Below, in pieces: positions 21,020 through 31,571 of a stretch of DNA of 64,000 bases. The notes below the pieces were generated by a model. It was not told where the DNA came from. It searched no databases and saw only the letters and a list, made by a program, of their open reading frames with translations. The position numbers and the translations under genes are program-made. Each line of letters opens with the position of its first letter. Positions within the stretch are counted from its first letter, which is position 1. Origin of the DNA: Candidatus Chisholmbacteria bacterium RIFCSPHIGHO2_01_FULL_52_32 (GTDB lineage: Bacteria > Patescibacteriota > Microgenomatia > UBA1400 > Chisholmbacteraceae); NCBI GenBank assembly GCA_001816585.1, contig MHCJ01000003.1:778681-842680 (forward strand), written 5' to 3'.

Positions 21020-21745
21020 CTAGACCTTGATGAGGGCAGCAGTAATCACAGCGCGACGAAGGTATGTTCCTGGCGGCGTACAGGTAATGAGGCGGAGATA
21101 TTCGTTGTCATACGATTGCTCAAGAACCGTGAGGTTATCGGGTTTTACCTCTGTTTTGTCAATTACCCGATAGGTATAGGAAATTCCATCGAATTTTATG
21201 AGCACTTCGTCTCCAATTTCCATCGTTGGGACAAGGGAAAAGATCGCCTTGTAATTCTTCGGATTGAAGAATTGGGGGAGAATTGAATGACCGAAGATAA
21301 TGGTTGCGCCCAGCTCTCCGGGAAGCGCTGAGCCTTTATATTGGACAAGATTTTTAGAAAGGTCTTCTCCGCCAATGGCTACCGTCGCGTCAATGATATT
21401 GAATTTCGGTATCGATAGCGTGTAGTGGGTAATTTTGGATTCCCTTGCCGTGTTCGGTTTCGCATTGGGAAACCAGTCTGTGGGATTCAGCAATTCCTGG
21501 CTCGCTGAGCCAAACTGATCGGGCTCGCTACCCTTTACAGGTATGGGGGTAACAAACTGTTGGGGCTTGAGACTTGGAGCGGTAAATACCTCATATGAAA
21601 CAATTGGCCAAATGACACTTCCTATGATCATCGTCCCGGCAACCATGAGCCCTTTTGCTGCTATCTTGGGTCGACTCTGTCTCCTATCGCTTGATCCTTG
21701 TGCTTCTGGCTCGATCCTTCGTTTGACGTACCGATAGGGTTTCAT
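21020..21745 (-). CDS. Sortase (class D/E-like)
   Basis: N-terminal TM helix, LSIPK, IFGHS, LRLITCTPPGT...R catalytic His/Cys/Arg. Confidence 0.92.
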   Translation of the reverse strand: MKPYRYVKRRIEPEAQGSSDRRQSRPKIAAKGLMVAGTMIIGSVIWPIVSYEVFTAPSLKPQQFVTPIPVKGSEPDQFGSASQELLNPTDWFPNAKPNTARESKITHYTLSIPKFNIIDATVAIGGEDLSKNLVQYKGSALPGELGATIIFGHSILPQFFNPKNYKAIFSLVPTMEIGDEVLIKFDGISYTYRVIDKTEVKPDNLTVLEQSYDNEYLRLITCTPPGTYLRRAVITAALIKV

Positions 21746-24024
21746 TCACGCTCTTCGACTTTCATTTCTATCGATATATTTTTGGTAAATCTCGGTATAT
21801 GTTTGAGACGGTCAGGAATTCCGCTAGGAGTAATCTGAATGTCTACCTTCACCACGTTCGGGAGTTTTTCTAAAAATTCTAGGGCAATATCCGGATATTT
21901 TCCTTTGAGGTCTTGTTTTAGCTGTTCCTCATCGATCTGCGGCACGAGAACCGCTTTGTACAATAGTGTTACTTGTCCTACGGCATCTTTCATATCAGCT
22001 GATCGAATTTCCGTTTGACTTTCCTCTTCCTGAAGCTCAAAGTCCTGGGGAGTTGCCTCGCTTATTGCCTGTCGTAGGATTTCCTTTAGGTCATCTTCTC
22101 TATAGGCAAGCGACTTTACTTTCAGCCTGATTGTCGCTTGTATCTTCTGTGCCTCATCTCCAACTTTTCCGCTCAATTCTTGGGATATTACTTCCGTTTC
22201 GGCTCCCTCGTTCAACACTCTGTTTCCTTCGTCCTCCTTTTCCTCTAGTTTTACTGCCCCTTCTGTCTTGAGTTCTGTCGTTAATTCGGCAAGCAGGGTC
22301 TCGATATCTTCGTCTGAAATTGCTGGAACTTCACGGCTCGTTCCTCCGGAAAATGGCGTTTCGTTTTTCGCATCGTATGAAGCCGTTGAGAAAGACTTTA
22401 GAGAAAAATCAGTATTGGTAGAGAGATTGTACTCGGATCCAATTTGCGAGGCAGTCGCTTTCCCTTTGGCTTTTCCGAACATCGTGGTGAGAGCCTCGTC
22501 ACTCTCCTTGGCACTTGCGGATGCGACCGTGACTGGACCGTCAAGGGTGAAAGCTAGGTTGTTCGGGCCCAACACTACTGTTCCTTCCGGAAATGTCTTG
22601 GTTGCCGTGGTCTTGTTATAGATCGTCACCTCACCCGCGGCTTTCTCTCCGACTACTTTGATTCCCGTCACTTCTTTTTCTTTGGAATTTTCCACTTCGA
22701 TCTCGACAATTTTCCCGGGAATGAGATTTTTGGCGCTTTCTATCTGCGTGCTTTCGGGGGAAATGGTAACGGTCAGCTCTTTCTCGAGCGTCCTTGGCTT
22801 AACATAGAGGATCAATCTGGCTTTGGGTATTGTCCAATAGCCATAGACGCTAAGACCCGTTAAAAGGCCGAAGAATCCGAGTGCAACGATCAGGGCGACT
22901 TTTATCCTTGTTGCGACCAACACATCCGGAAGAGATAGTTTGGGCATGCGGATTGGAAAAGGACGCGGGAGGAAGGCAAGGATGTGTTTCAGTCCGGTTC
23001 TTACATCTTGTCTCGCCTCCGGCTCTCCTCTCTGTTCTTCTTTCTGGGAGGTTTTCTTCGGAAAAAGAGGCTTTTCCTCATGTTCTTCCCTGTCTCGGGC
23101 GGTTGGTTGATACACATCGCTTTCAAGTTTAAACCCAATTTCATCTGCCTGAGCGATGATCTCGGGTTCCCCCTCCTTCTCTTTTTCCTCCGTTTCTTCT
23201 GCCTCCGTCTCCCGGGGTTCTTCTTGGACCTCTTCCCTGGTCTCGTCCTCTTCTTCGGTCATCTCAAACCCAAGTGCTTTGGCTGCTTCTGTCCCTCCAG
23301 CGATGGCGACCGCCTTGATCGTCACCTGGATGTCCAATATCTCTACCTTTGGAAAATGCAAGAACGGAAGTTTCTCAAGCCAATTATATGAGAGGAGATC
23401 CTGTCTTACGTCTTCCAAATTGAGCGAAGCGTTATAGAGAAGCATTCTTGAAGGGAAGTTCTCGGTCGTCTCGAACCGCGCCAGTCCTTCTTCCACATCC
23501 GCGCCGACATCTTCGCTCCGTGCGACTACCTCAGAGCCCACTACTTTTCCAAGATTGACAAGCGTCACCTGTATTTCTGACTGGTTAACGCGAACAAGGA
23601 TTGCTGTCGGCGGAGTTCCCTCTTCGCGTTTGAGGAGTTGAACGATCGCTTCCGTTGTGACCACAAATCCGATTGGTTTAAATCCGAATTTCTGGCTAAT
23701 TTGTCGAAGGGTCTTGGCGTGTTCCTTGACAATTTCTTCTCCCTCAACCCAACCTTCCTGAAGTCCAAAAATGACCTTGTTCGGCTCAGGTTTGATTTCT
23801 TCAAGTTTCTGAAGCGAATTATCGATCGCAACCAAAAGGCCCTCGTTTGAGCCCTTCTCGACCTCCCATTCCTCCGTTGTACCCACCTTTATAATTTTGG
23901 TTTGTCCGTCAATCACCTGCCAAACCGCGGTGGTTACCGTTTCACTCCCAATTTCAACTGCCAGGAATTGCTCTTGGGCTTTTTCTTTTGTGGTCAATTT
24001 TGAGAAAATGTCTTCCAATGCCAT
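21742..24024 (-). CDS. Bitopic membrane protein: FtsA/PilM-like N-domain, acidic linker, TM helix, extracellular baseplate-J-like beta domains
   Basis: FLAVEIGSETV actin-fold-like start; Glu-rich linker; TM at about aa 375-397; KAAGEVTIYN...GSEYN...FSGGTSRE pattern. Confidence 0.7.
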   Translation of the reverse strand: MALEDIFSKLTTKEKAQEQFLAVEIGSETVTTAVWQVIDGQTKIIKVGTTEEWEVEKGSNEGLLVAIDNSLQKLEEIKPEPNKVIFGLQEGWVEGEEIVKEHAKTLRQISQKFGFKPIGFVVTTEAIVQLLKREEGTPPTAILVRVNQSEIQVTLVNLGKVVGSEVVARSEDVGADVEEGLARFETTENFPSRMLLYNASLNLEDVRQDLLSYNWLEKLPFLHFPKVEILDIQVTIKAVAIAGGTEAAKALGFEMTEEEDETREEVQEEPRETEAEETEEKEKEGEPEIIAQADEIGFKLESDVYQPTARDREEHEEKPLFPKKTSQKEEQRGEPEARQDVRTGLKHILAFLPRPFPIRMPKLSLPDVLVATRIKVALIVALGFFGLLTGLSVYGYWTIPKARLILYVKPRTLEKELTVTISPESTQIESAKNLIPGKIVEIEVENSKEKEVTGIKVVGEKAAGEVTIYNKTTATKTFPEGTVVLGPNNLAFTLDGPVTVASASAKESDEALTTMFGKAKGKATASQIGSEYNLSTNTDFSLKSFSTASYDAKNETPFSGGTSREVPAISDEDIETLLAELTTELKTEGAVKLEEKEDEGNRVLNEGAETEVISQELSGKVGDEAQKIQATIRLKVKSLAYREDDLKEILRQAISEATPQDFELQEEESQTEIRSADMKDAVGQVTLLYKAVLVPQIDEEQLKQDLKGKYPDIALEFLEKLPNVVKVDIQITPSGIPDRLKHIPRFTKNISIEMKVEERE

Positions 24025-24120
24025 AGACTCTCCGCTTCGCCGATCGTGGAGAGGGAGTTTAGTTTCATTCTAGCATCAAGGGGTGATTATTTCGAGCACA
24101 AGAACCACTCTGTTTCTGTC

Positions 24121-25959
24121 TTATGAATGGAGTTCTGCGTAGATTCTGCGGATGCCGCTTTGGACCGGTTGTTCCTTTATGATGCGTATTCCGCCGATTC
24201 CGCCGGTCGATTTGACGTGGGGTCCGCCACAAAATTCTTTACTGAACCATTCCTTTGCAGGATCTTTGCCGATTGTGTATACGGAAACCATCGCTGGGTA
24301 ATTTTCTTTAAAGAATGCCAAGGCTCCTGATTTGAGAGCTTTGTCTTTTTCCTCCACCGTTCTGTGCACGGGAAGGTCTTCTTTAATTTTTTGATTGACC
24401 ACGGTCTCGACCTTGGCGATTTCCTCTCCAGAGAGCTTTCTTGGGTGTGAGAAGTCGAACCGAAGGCGCTCGGCGGTGATGTTACTGCCTTCTTGGCGAA
24501 CATGATTCCCCAGTATTTCCCGTAAAGCCTTGTGGAGGAGGTGGGTAGCGGTGTGGAGTTTCACGGTTTCGTCCGATTTATCGGCAAGGCCGCCTTTGAA
24601 TAATCCTTTTGTGGCGGTACGGGAGGTTTCCTGATGTTGACGTTTCGCTTCCTCAAAGCCTTTACCGTCAACCATGACTCTTTTTTGTGCAGCAAGTTCC
24701 TTTACCAATTCTGGTGGATAGCCGTAGGTCTGGTATAGGTCGAATAATTCGGTTCCTGTGATTGTTCCTCCCCCGACTTTCGAAAGCACCTTTTTCATTC
24801 CTTGAGAAAGCGTTTTCTCGAATTTGGTGATTTCGATACGAATGGTTTCCAGGATGCGTCCTTGGTTTTCTCCGAGATTCGGGTCAACTGTTATATAGGA
24901 GCCGCAGAGCTTATCGATGACGAGGTTGATGCTATTGTCAAGATCGATATCGGCAATTTTGCTATGGAGTGCTGCTCTTCTGATGAGTCTTCTGAGGACA
25001 TATCCTTGGAGTTTATTTGCAGGCTCAAAGCCATCGCTCACCATAAACATCGCTGCCCGCAGGTGGTCTAAGATTATCCTGACTGCTCTTATGCTCTCCG
25101 GCGAGCTGACCACAACGACTTTTTCCAATGTTTTCCTTGCTTCTGTAAAGATATCAATATTGAATATGTCAGGTTGATTTTGGCTGGCGGATGCGATGCG
25201 TTCGAGGCCGCCGCCGAAATCGACGTTTTTTTGGGGTAATGGCTTAAACGAATCATCTGCCTGTTTTTCATACTGCATGAACACCGAGTTGCCGATCTCT
25301 ACAAACCGACCGCAATTACAATTGAGGTGGCAGACTCTGCCAAACTTTGGGTCATGGGAAGTTTGAAAATCATAGAAAACTTCGGAGTCCGGGCCCCCAA
25401 TCTCTCCCGGTGGCATGTTTGCCGGTATTCCGGAGCGTGACCACCAGTTTTTATCGGCTCCGTATGTATAGATTTTGATGGTGGGTTCGAATCCATCAGC
25501 GCCTTTTCTGGCGGGAGCATTGGTCTTTAAGACTTTTTTCCAAACGGTGACTGATTCTTCATCTTTTGGAACAACCGCATCTCCCTCAAACACCGTTACA
25601 TACAGCCTTTCCGGTTTTAAGCCAATTTCTTCGGTGAGGAACTCAAAAAACCAGGGAAGTTGCTCTTTCTTAAAATAATCTCCAAGGCTCCAGTTGCCGA
25701 GCATTTCGAAGAACGTAATATGGCGGTTGTCGCCGACCTCGTCGATGTCTTCTGAACGAAAGCAAGGTTGACTATCCATCAACCGCCTGCCCATCGGGTG
25801 GGGCTCTCCCTTTAAGAAGGGAACCAGCTGTTGCATGCCTGAACTTGTAAACAAGGTCGTTGGATCATTGGGAGGCACGAGGGGTGCTTTGGGGATTTCT
25901 CTATGTCCCCTCATTCCGAAGAACTTGATGAACCTGGTGCGAATTTCGTTTGCCTGCAT
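24121..25959 (-). CDS. alaS: Alanine--tRNA ligase, short form without C-Ala domain
   Basis: DPTTLFTSSGMQ, HITFFEMLGNWS, GYVLRRLIRRA, editing HTATH and CGGPH. Confidence 0.97.
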   Translation of the reverse strand: MQANEIRTRFIKFFGMRGHREIPKAPLVPPNDPTTLFTSSGMQQLVPFLKGEPHPMGRRLMDSQPCFRSEDIDEVGDNRHITFFEMLGNWSLGDYFKKEQLPWFFEFLTEEIGLKPERLYVTVFEGDAVVPKDEESVTVWKKVLKTNAPARKGADGFEPTIKIYTYGADKNWWSRSGIPANMPPGEIGGPDSEVFYDFQTSHDPKFGRVCHLNCNCGRFVEIGNSVFMQYEKQADDSFKPLPQKNVDFGGGLERIASASQNQPDIFNIDIFTEARKTLEKVVVVSSPESIRAVRIILDHLRAAMFMVSDGFEPANKLQGYVLRRLIRRAALHSKIADIDLDNSINLVIDKLCGSYITVDPNLGENQGRILETIRIEITKFEKTLSQGMKKVLSKVGGGTITGTELFDLYQTYGYPPELVKELAAQKRVMVDGKGFEEAKRQHQETSRTATKGLFKGGLADKSDETVKLHTATHLLHKALREILGNHVRQEGSNITAERLRFDFSHPRKLSGEEIAKVETVVNQKIKEDLPVHRTVEEKDKALKSGALAFFKENYPAMVSVYTIGKDPAKEWFSKEFCGGPHVKSTGGIGGIRIIKEQPVQSGIRRIYAELHS

Positions 25960-26066
25960 CTTTTTATTGATGCACCCGATTGTAGCAGATTCCTGTTTGG
26001 CTCCTTTTTCTCGCTTTGTCTCTATTCTACCTCGGGGATGGGGGTTCTGTTCAGACCGCTCTTCGG

Positions 26067-26438
26067 TTATCTCATGGGTCGTCCAGAGCGGGTGAAGTAG
26101 CGGACGACATTTCTCCCGTGTGCTTGGAGGCTTTCAATGTGGCTTACATCTTTTTCTTTTGTGCTTTCCTTCCTTTCGGACCGATCTTTTTTGGGTGACT
26201 GAATCAGCCTGTTGGTCTCTCCTTTTTCCTCAAGTTCCTCGTAGATTTCTTCAAGCTCGCTTAGCACACCATGTCCATGCTCCTGAAGGTAAGTCCTTAG
26301 CCTTCCTCCCTTTTTTGTGGCGAACATGAACATTCCCAAGGCTCCAAGGATCGCTCCCCAAAAGAGACCCGAGCTAAAACCGCCCCCATGTTGATGTCTT
26401 TCCTGTTCTTCTGTTTTTCCCATACTTCCCATCATCAA
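26067..26438 (-). CDS. YtxH-like membrane protein (start uncertain)
   Basis: GGFSSGLFWGAILGALGMFMFATKKG pattern. Confidence 0.7.
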   Translation of the reverse strand: MMMGSMGKTEEQERHQHGGGFSSGLFWGAILGALGMFMFATKKGGRLRTYLQEHGHGVLSELEEIYEELEEKGETNRLIQSPKKDRSERKESTKEKDVSHIESLQAHGRNVVRYFTRSGRPMR

Positions 26439-26464
26439 ATTCCAAGCGGCATTTTATCTTTTTT

Positions 26465-26767
26465 TCAGTTCCCTTCCTTTGTCTCTTCGGACGTGTGGTT
26501 GGCTTTTTTCCTTCTTGAAAAGAAAAGCCCGATTGCATCAATTGTCTTACCGATGGATCGTAGACTCTCGATCGCTCCTCCCAGGCCCACTATCGGATGG
26601 GCGATAGACTTAGTAATCATCCCTACATCATCGAGCATCTTGTTCATCTTTTCCAACGAACGCCTTACTTCCCGAAGGATGTAGACAATTTGGACACCAA
26701 TCACCGTCAGCAGCGCTGTCAGGATCGTGATGACAATCACGAGTAGTACTTGACTTAGATCGACCAT
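26465..26767 (-). CDS. DUF948/YtxG-like small membrane coiled-coil protein
   Basis: N-terminal TM helix then coiled coil; paired with the YtxH-like gene. Confidence 0.65.
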   Translation of the reverse strand: MVDLSQVLLVIVITILTALLTVIGVQIVYILREVRRSLEKMNKMLDDVGMITKSIAHPIVGLGGAIESLRSIGKTIDAIGLFFSRRKKANHTSEETKEGN

Positions 26768-26897
26768 TCGTCGCCTTCGTTCCTTTCTCTATCCATAATC
26801 TGGAACTTTTCGGGACTTGTCAATTGTAACTCTCTAGTTTCTACGTATTCAAAATGCGATTTATGATATACGAAGTGGTCTTTGTTCCACGGGGATA

Positions 26898-27533
26898 TTA
26901 GGGAACCACCGTTATCGTCCGTTGAATGGTTCGTACTTTTCCGGAGCGGCTGGTCGCTTTGATCGTAATTGTTCTTGTTCCTTGAGGAAGAATTAGGGAT
27001 TGGCTGAATGAACCGTCGGGATTTACCAACACTTCTTGATTATTGATTGTTAAGGTTGCCTGAGGGTCGGTTTTCCCTTCAACCGTGATGTCCGCACTCA
27101 CTCTGGCTTGCTCCTCTGGCTTTATCACCTCAAGTTCTGGTGCTCCAGCAAGCAGTTTGTACTGATAGAAAAAGTAGGTTGCCAAGAGTATTGCGAGAGA
27201 CAGAATGCCAACAATCGTTGTGGTCTTTGGGGTCCAAATGGCTCGCTTTTCGGTTGAGGGAGGAACCAGTTCTCTTGGGACTACCTGTCCCTTTATATTT
27301 TGGTCATAATCGCGGCGAAAGACGGCGAGGGCTTGATTGGGATCGAGTCCTACTGCATTGGCATAATTGCGAATAAATCCTTTGACGAAGGCTGCTTCTG
27401 GCAGGTTATCGTATTCGTTGTTTTCCAGCGCCTGGAGGTACTTGAGGTTTATTCTTGTTTTTTTCGCGAGTTCAATCCGTTTAAGCCCCTGTTTGAGGCG
27501 AGCGCTTTTTAGAATTTCTCCAACCGTTTTCAT
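26898..27533 (-). CDS. RodZ-like XRE HTH membrane protein with C-terminal Ig-like domain
   Basis: MKTVGEILKSAR...LQALEN...FVKGFIRNYA; TM helix; follows ftsK. Confidence 0.85.
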   Translation of the reverse strand: MKTVGEILKSARLKQGLKRIELAKKTRINLKYLQALENNEYDNLPEAAFVKGFIRNYANAVGLDPNQALAVFRRDYDQNIKGQVVPRELVPPSTEKRAIWTPKTTTIVGILSLAILLATYFFYQYKLLAGAPELEVIKPEEQARVSADITVEGKTDPQATLTINNQEVLVNPDGSFSQSLILPQGTRTITIKATSRSGKVRTIQRTITVVP

Positions 27534-27615
27534 GGATTCTTTTTCGATTCCTTGTTTTCTCTTTAAACCCCGTTTCTCTTCTGGGAGAATATATCGAGAA
27601 TTGTTATGATTTTTC

Positions 27616-29709
27616 TTATTCCTCGGAGGCAATGTGTTGGCGGGCAATGAAGGCGCTCGCGTTCTGAATTAGAACCTCTCGTGGCTTGGATCCGTCTTGC
27701 GGACCCACAACGCCGGCATGCTCGAGTTGATCGAGTACCCTTGCAGCGCGTGAATATCCAATTGAAAGCCGCCGTTGTAATAACGAGGCTGAGGCGCGAT
27801 CGTATTCGCAGACTACCCGAACTGCTTCTTCGAATAGAGAATCTTTTTCCTGATCTCCAATATCTGCCGTCTGGGGTCTTGCCTTATATTTTGTGGTTAC
27901 CTCTTCGGTGTATTGCGGCTTTTGTCCACTTCTCCTTAAGAACTCAATGAGTTTCTGGATTTCCGCTTCTGAAACATAGGTACCTTGGATTCTGGTTGGT
28001 TTTGCTTGTTCTGGAGGAATGTAGAGCATATCCCCTCTTCCGAGCAACTTCTCCGCTCCAGGCATGTCGATGATGACCCTTGAGTCGACCATGCTGGTTA
28101 CGTTAAAGGCGATTCGACAAGGAATATTGGCTTTAATAAGCCCGGTTATGACGTCAACTGACGGGCGCTGGGTGGCAACAATCAAATGGATACCGGTTGC
28201 CCTAGCCATTTGGGCTAACCTTGTAATGGCATCTTCAACATCAGAAGGTGCGAAGAGGATAATATCGGCAAGCTCATCAATGATGATGACGATGTAAGGC
28301 AACGCTTGGAATCCCGACATTTCATTGTACCCTTCGATGTTGCGGGCGCCGACTTCGGCAAACATCTTGTATCGTTTTTCCATTTGTGCGATGGCCCATT
28401 TCAGGGCCGAAACTACCTTTTCGGGCTCAACAATAACGGGAGTCAAGAGGTGTGGAATTCCGTTGTACAATGTCAGTTCTACTCGCTTGGGGTCGACCAA
28501 GATAAATTTCACCTCCGAGGGCGATGCGCGATACAGCATTGTTGCGATGAAGGAGTTTATCGAGACGGATTTTCCACTCCCGGTTGCTCCGGCAATCAAT
28601 ACATGGGGCATGCGTCCGATATCCGCGACGACCGCTGTTCCTGATACGTCCAATCCTAGCGCAACGGAGAGGACCGATTTTGCCTTTTTTATCTGATCAG
28701 AAACAAGCATCTTTTTGAGGGTCACAAACTCGGGGGTTCGGTTTGGAATTTCCACTCCAACGAGGGCTCTGCCCGGGATGGGAGCTTCTATACGAATTTG
28801 GCCGGTAGGGGCCGCAAGGGCAAGGGCCAAGTCATTTTGGAGGGCTGTAATTTTCGATAGCTTTGTGCCCAGGGATATCTCCAGCGCGTACTGCGTTACC
28901 GCAGGTCCGGTGTTGACTTCAACCACGCGAGCTTGAATCCCAAAGGAATCCAAGGTTTGTTCGATGATCGCTGCATTTCCCTTGACATCTCCACGGTCCG
29001 CTTTTGCACCTACGGAATCGCTTAAAAGATCAAGCGGGGGATACTCCCAAACTTCCTGCTGCGGTCCCGGTGCGTTAGTCACAATTTGGGTTCCCAATTC
29101 TTCCTCTTCCCTTTCCTTCTCCTCCCGCTTTGCCTCGCCCATTTTGGGCCTCCGTTCTTCTTCCATGCCGCGAATCTTTATTTCCGTCTGAGCAAGGTAG
29201 GCCGGCCTCCGTTTTTGGCTCGAGAGCTTCGGCAGCTTTCTTAAAAGCTTTGTTACCGTTAGTAAAATTTCATCAAAAGGGGTTTCTGTAAAGATAATAA
29301 AGCCGATCGCAACACTTCCCAAAAGAATGATCACGGCTCCCGGCTTTGAGATGAGAGCCGCGATGTTCAGCCAAAGCTCCTTACCAATGTTACCGGCGCC
29401 CGTCAAGGCCATTGCCGAAATAATGAATAAGAGATTTCCCAAAAACACGTTCGGTTTGGTCACTTTCCATTTCAATTGGGTAAGCATTAAGCCCGCCGCG
29501 ATAATGAGAAACGGGATGAGAAGTGAGGTCCAGCCAAATTGCATTGTGAGGAATGTATTTATGCGATCGAGAAGCACTCCTTGACGGGAAAAGGAAATAA
29601 TGAGAAGTACACCTAGGGAAATCAACAGCACGCTTGCGATTGAATAGAGCGTGTCTTTGCGGAGTTTGAGTTTGAATGGCGCGCGGCGCCGACCTCGTTT
29701 TCTTCCCAT
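27616..29709 (-). CDS. ftsK: DNA translocase FtsK/SpoIIIE
   Basis: N-terminal TM helices, PHVLIAGATGSGKS, IIIDELAD, gamma domain ASASLLQRRLSIGYSRAAR. Confidence 0.97.
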   Translation of the reverse strand: MGRKRGRRRAPFKLKLRKDTLYSIASVLLISLGVLLIISFSRQGVLLDRINTFLTMQFGWTSLLIPFLIIAAGLMLTQLKWKVTKPNVFLGNLLFIISAMALTGAGNIGKELWLNIAALISKPGAVIILLGSVAIGFIIFTETPFDEILLTVTKLLRKLPKLSSQKRRPAYLAQTEIKIRGMEEERRPKMGEAKREEKEREEEELGTQIVTNAPGPQQEVWEYPPLDLLSDSVGAKADRGDVKGNAAIIEQTLDSFGIQARVVEVNTGPAVTQYALEISLGTKLSKITALQNDLALALAAPTGQIRIEAPIPGRALVGVEIPNRTPEFVTLKKMLVSDQIKKAKSVLSVALGLDVSGTAVVADIGRMPHVLIAGATGSGKSVSINSFIATMLYRASPSEVKFILVDPKRVELTLYNGIPHLLTPVIVEPEKVVSALKWAIAQMEKRYKMFAEVGARNIEGYNEMSGFQALPYIVIIIDELADIILFAPSDVEDAITRLAQMARATGIHLIVATQRPSVDVITGLIKANIPCRIAFNVTSMVDSRVIIDMPGAEKLLGRGDMLYIPPEQAKPTRIQGTYVSEAEIQKLIEFLRRSGQKPQYTEEVTTKYKARPQTADIGDQEKDSLFEEAVRVVCEYDRASASLLQRRLSIGYSRAARVLDQLEHAGVVGPQDGSKPREVLIQNASAFIARQHIASEE

Positions 29710-29827
29710 GGTTAAACTTTTTTGAGCACGGCCTTATTTACCATCTTAAAACCATCTTAACCTGACGGAAATCATTATAGCAGCTTGGGGAGTTTTTGGT
29801 GTAATTGCTTCTTATGCTCTAGCACCG

Positions 29828-31480
29828 TTACATCCGGAAGATGATGGGAATGATCATGGGATAGCGTTCGAGTTCCTGAAGAAAGAGCTTTTCAAGCGCA
29901 GCCTTGATCCTGTCTTTGACTGTTCTCCACTCCTTGATTGGCGTTCGGAACTCCCGCAATGTGCTTGCGACTGTACCTTTGGCCTTTTCTAACAATGCTC
30001 CGGATTCTTTCATATAGACCAGCCCCCGGGAGATGATCTCCACACTGCCGGAGATTTGGCTAGTTTGCGCATCAACGGGTATGATGACCACGAGAATTCC
30101 TTCTTCCGACATCTGTTTCCGGTCCCTCAGAACCACTTTCCCAACATCTCCTATCCCCAGTCCATCAACCATGATATTTTTTAATGGGATGGTTTCTCCG
30201 ATTCGCGCTTCCCGTCGGCCTTTTACCTCAATCGTCTGTCCTTCCTCAAGGAGAAAGACTTTATCCTGGGCGTAGCCCATCCTTGAAGCGAGCTTTCTGT
30301 ATTGCACCATATGCCGATAGGTTCCTCCAATTGGGACCAGGTAATCCGGCCTCACGAGTTCCATGAGAAGCATCAATTCTCCTTGTGAACCATGCCCGGA
30401 AACGTGCAGCTCCCCGTTATCTTCAACATCGGCGTAGATTACCTCTGCCCCTTGGTGAGAAAAGGCGTCAATCGTCTCGTACACGGCTCGTTCATTCCCA
30501 GGAATGGCATCGGAGGAGAAGATGATTTTGTCCGTCGGGCGTACCTTGATGTTTTCGTGCTCTCCCTGTGCAGCGCGAACAAGTGCAGATCCTGGTTGGC
30601 CCTGACTTCCGGCAACGATGAGGCAAAGTTTGTCGTCTGGGACATGGCTTATTTTCTTTTTCCACACCAGCGCTTGACTTGGAAGTGTGAGGTAGCCAAG
30701 TTCCTCGGCAACGCGCACATTCTCCTCGATCGATCTGCCAAAGAGGGCAACACGACGCCCGAATTTTATCGCTGCATCAACCGCCTGCTGTATGCGATGG
30801 ACATTACTTGACATGATCGTGAAGATCACTTTGCCTTTGACGTCTCGGATTTCTGACTCTAGCCGTTGGCTCAAGGTTGATTCTGAGGGAGAAAATCCGA
30901 ACCGCTCACTTCTCAAACAGTCCGAGAGCATAAGGGTTACTCCGCGACGACCCATGGTGGCGATCTTTTGGAATTCTGGGCGGATGTTATCGACCGGCGT
31001 GAGATCGAATTTGAAATCGGACCCGTGATAGATGCTTGCTTCCGGTGTTGTGATAAAGAAATGCCGCGCATCGGGTACGGAGTGCGTTACCCGAATGGAC
31101 TCAATGATGAACTGTCCGAGCCTCACTCCTCGCTCGTCGTCGATGATCGTGAGCTTCCGATTCATCCCAAATTCCTTCATTCTCTGCGCGGCGAATGCCG
31201 CGGTAAGCCGGGAAGCATACATCGGAAACTCGGGAAGCTTGGGAAGGATGTACGGAAGACCGGCGATATGATCATCGTGTCCATGCGTCAGGAGCATTCC
31301 GACAATTCGCTTTTTGGAATTTTCTAGGTATGTTGTGTCTGGAATGAGGAGATCTACTCCCAGCATCGTCTCATCTGGGAAACCAATACCACAGTCAACC
31401 AATAAGATTTCCTCATCGGTCTCATACATGAACATGTTCTTGGTGACACTCATTCCACCAAGCGGGATGATCTTTACCAT
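29828..31480 (-). CDS. rnj: Ribonuclease J
   Basis: IIPLGG, THGHDDHI, HSVPD, GSQGQP, HVSGHG. Confidence 0.96.
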   Translation of the reverse strand: MVKIIPLGGMSVTKNMFMYETDEEILLVDCGIGFPDETMLGVDLLIPDTTYLENSKKRIVGMLLTHGHDDHIAGLPYILPKLPEFPMYASRLTAAFAAQRMKEFGMNRKLTIIDDERGVRLGQFIIESIRVTHSVPDARHFFITTPEASIYHGSDFKFDLTPVDNIRPEFQKIATMGRRGVTLMLSDCLRSERFGFSPSESTLSQRLESEIRDVKGKVIFTIMSSNVHRIQQAVDAAIKFGRRVALFGRSIEENVRVAEELGYLTLPSQALVWKKKISHVPDDKLCLIVAGSQGQPGSALVRAAQGEHENIKVRPTDKIIFSSDAIPGNERAVYETIDAFSHQGAEVIYADVEDNGELHVSGHGSQGELMLLMELVRPDYLVPIGGTYRHMVQYRKLASRMGYAQDKVFLLEEGQTIEVKGRREARIGETIPLKNIMVDGLGIGDVGKVVLRDRKQMSEEGILVVIIPVDAQTSQISGSVEIISRGLVYMKESGALLEKAKGTVASTLREFRTPIKEWRTVKDRIKAALEKLFLQELERYPMIIPIIFRM

Positions 31481-31571
31481 ACAAGCATAGAATACAGGTT
31501 AATAGTTCAACGTTACAAGTAAAAAGTTATCTATTTTCCCTTCAATTTGTCTATTGTCTTCCTCCTGATCA

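Noticed and set aside
21742-22900. Prophage or contractile injection system suggested by the baseplate-J-like region
   Set aside because: No sheath, tube, spike, capsid or integrase genes nearby; the domain is part of a membrane protein among housekeeping genes.
25478-25500. GGTTCGAATCC resembling a tRNA T-loop
   Set aside because: Inside alaS coding sequence, with no cloverleaf around it.
29740-29761. 11-bp tandem duplication ACCATCTTAA(A/C) in the ftsK leader
   Set aside because: Only two copies; could be an operator but cannot be told apart from a chance duplication.
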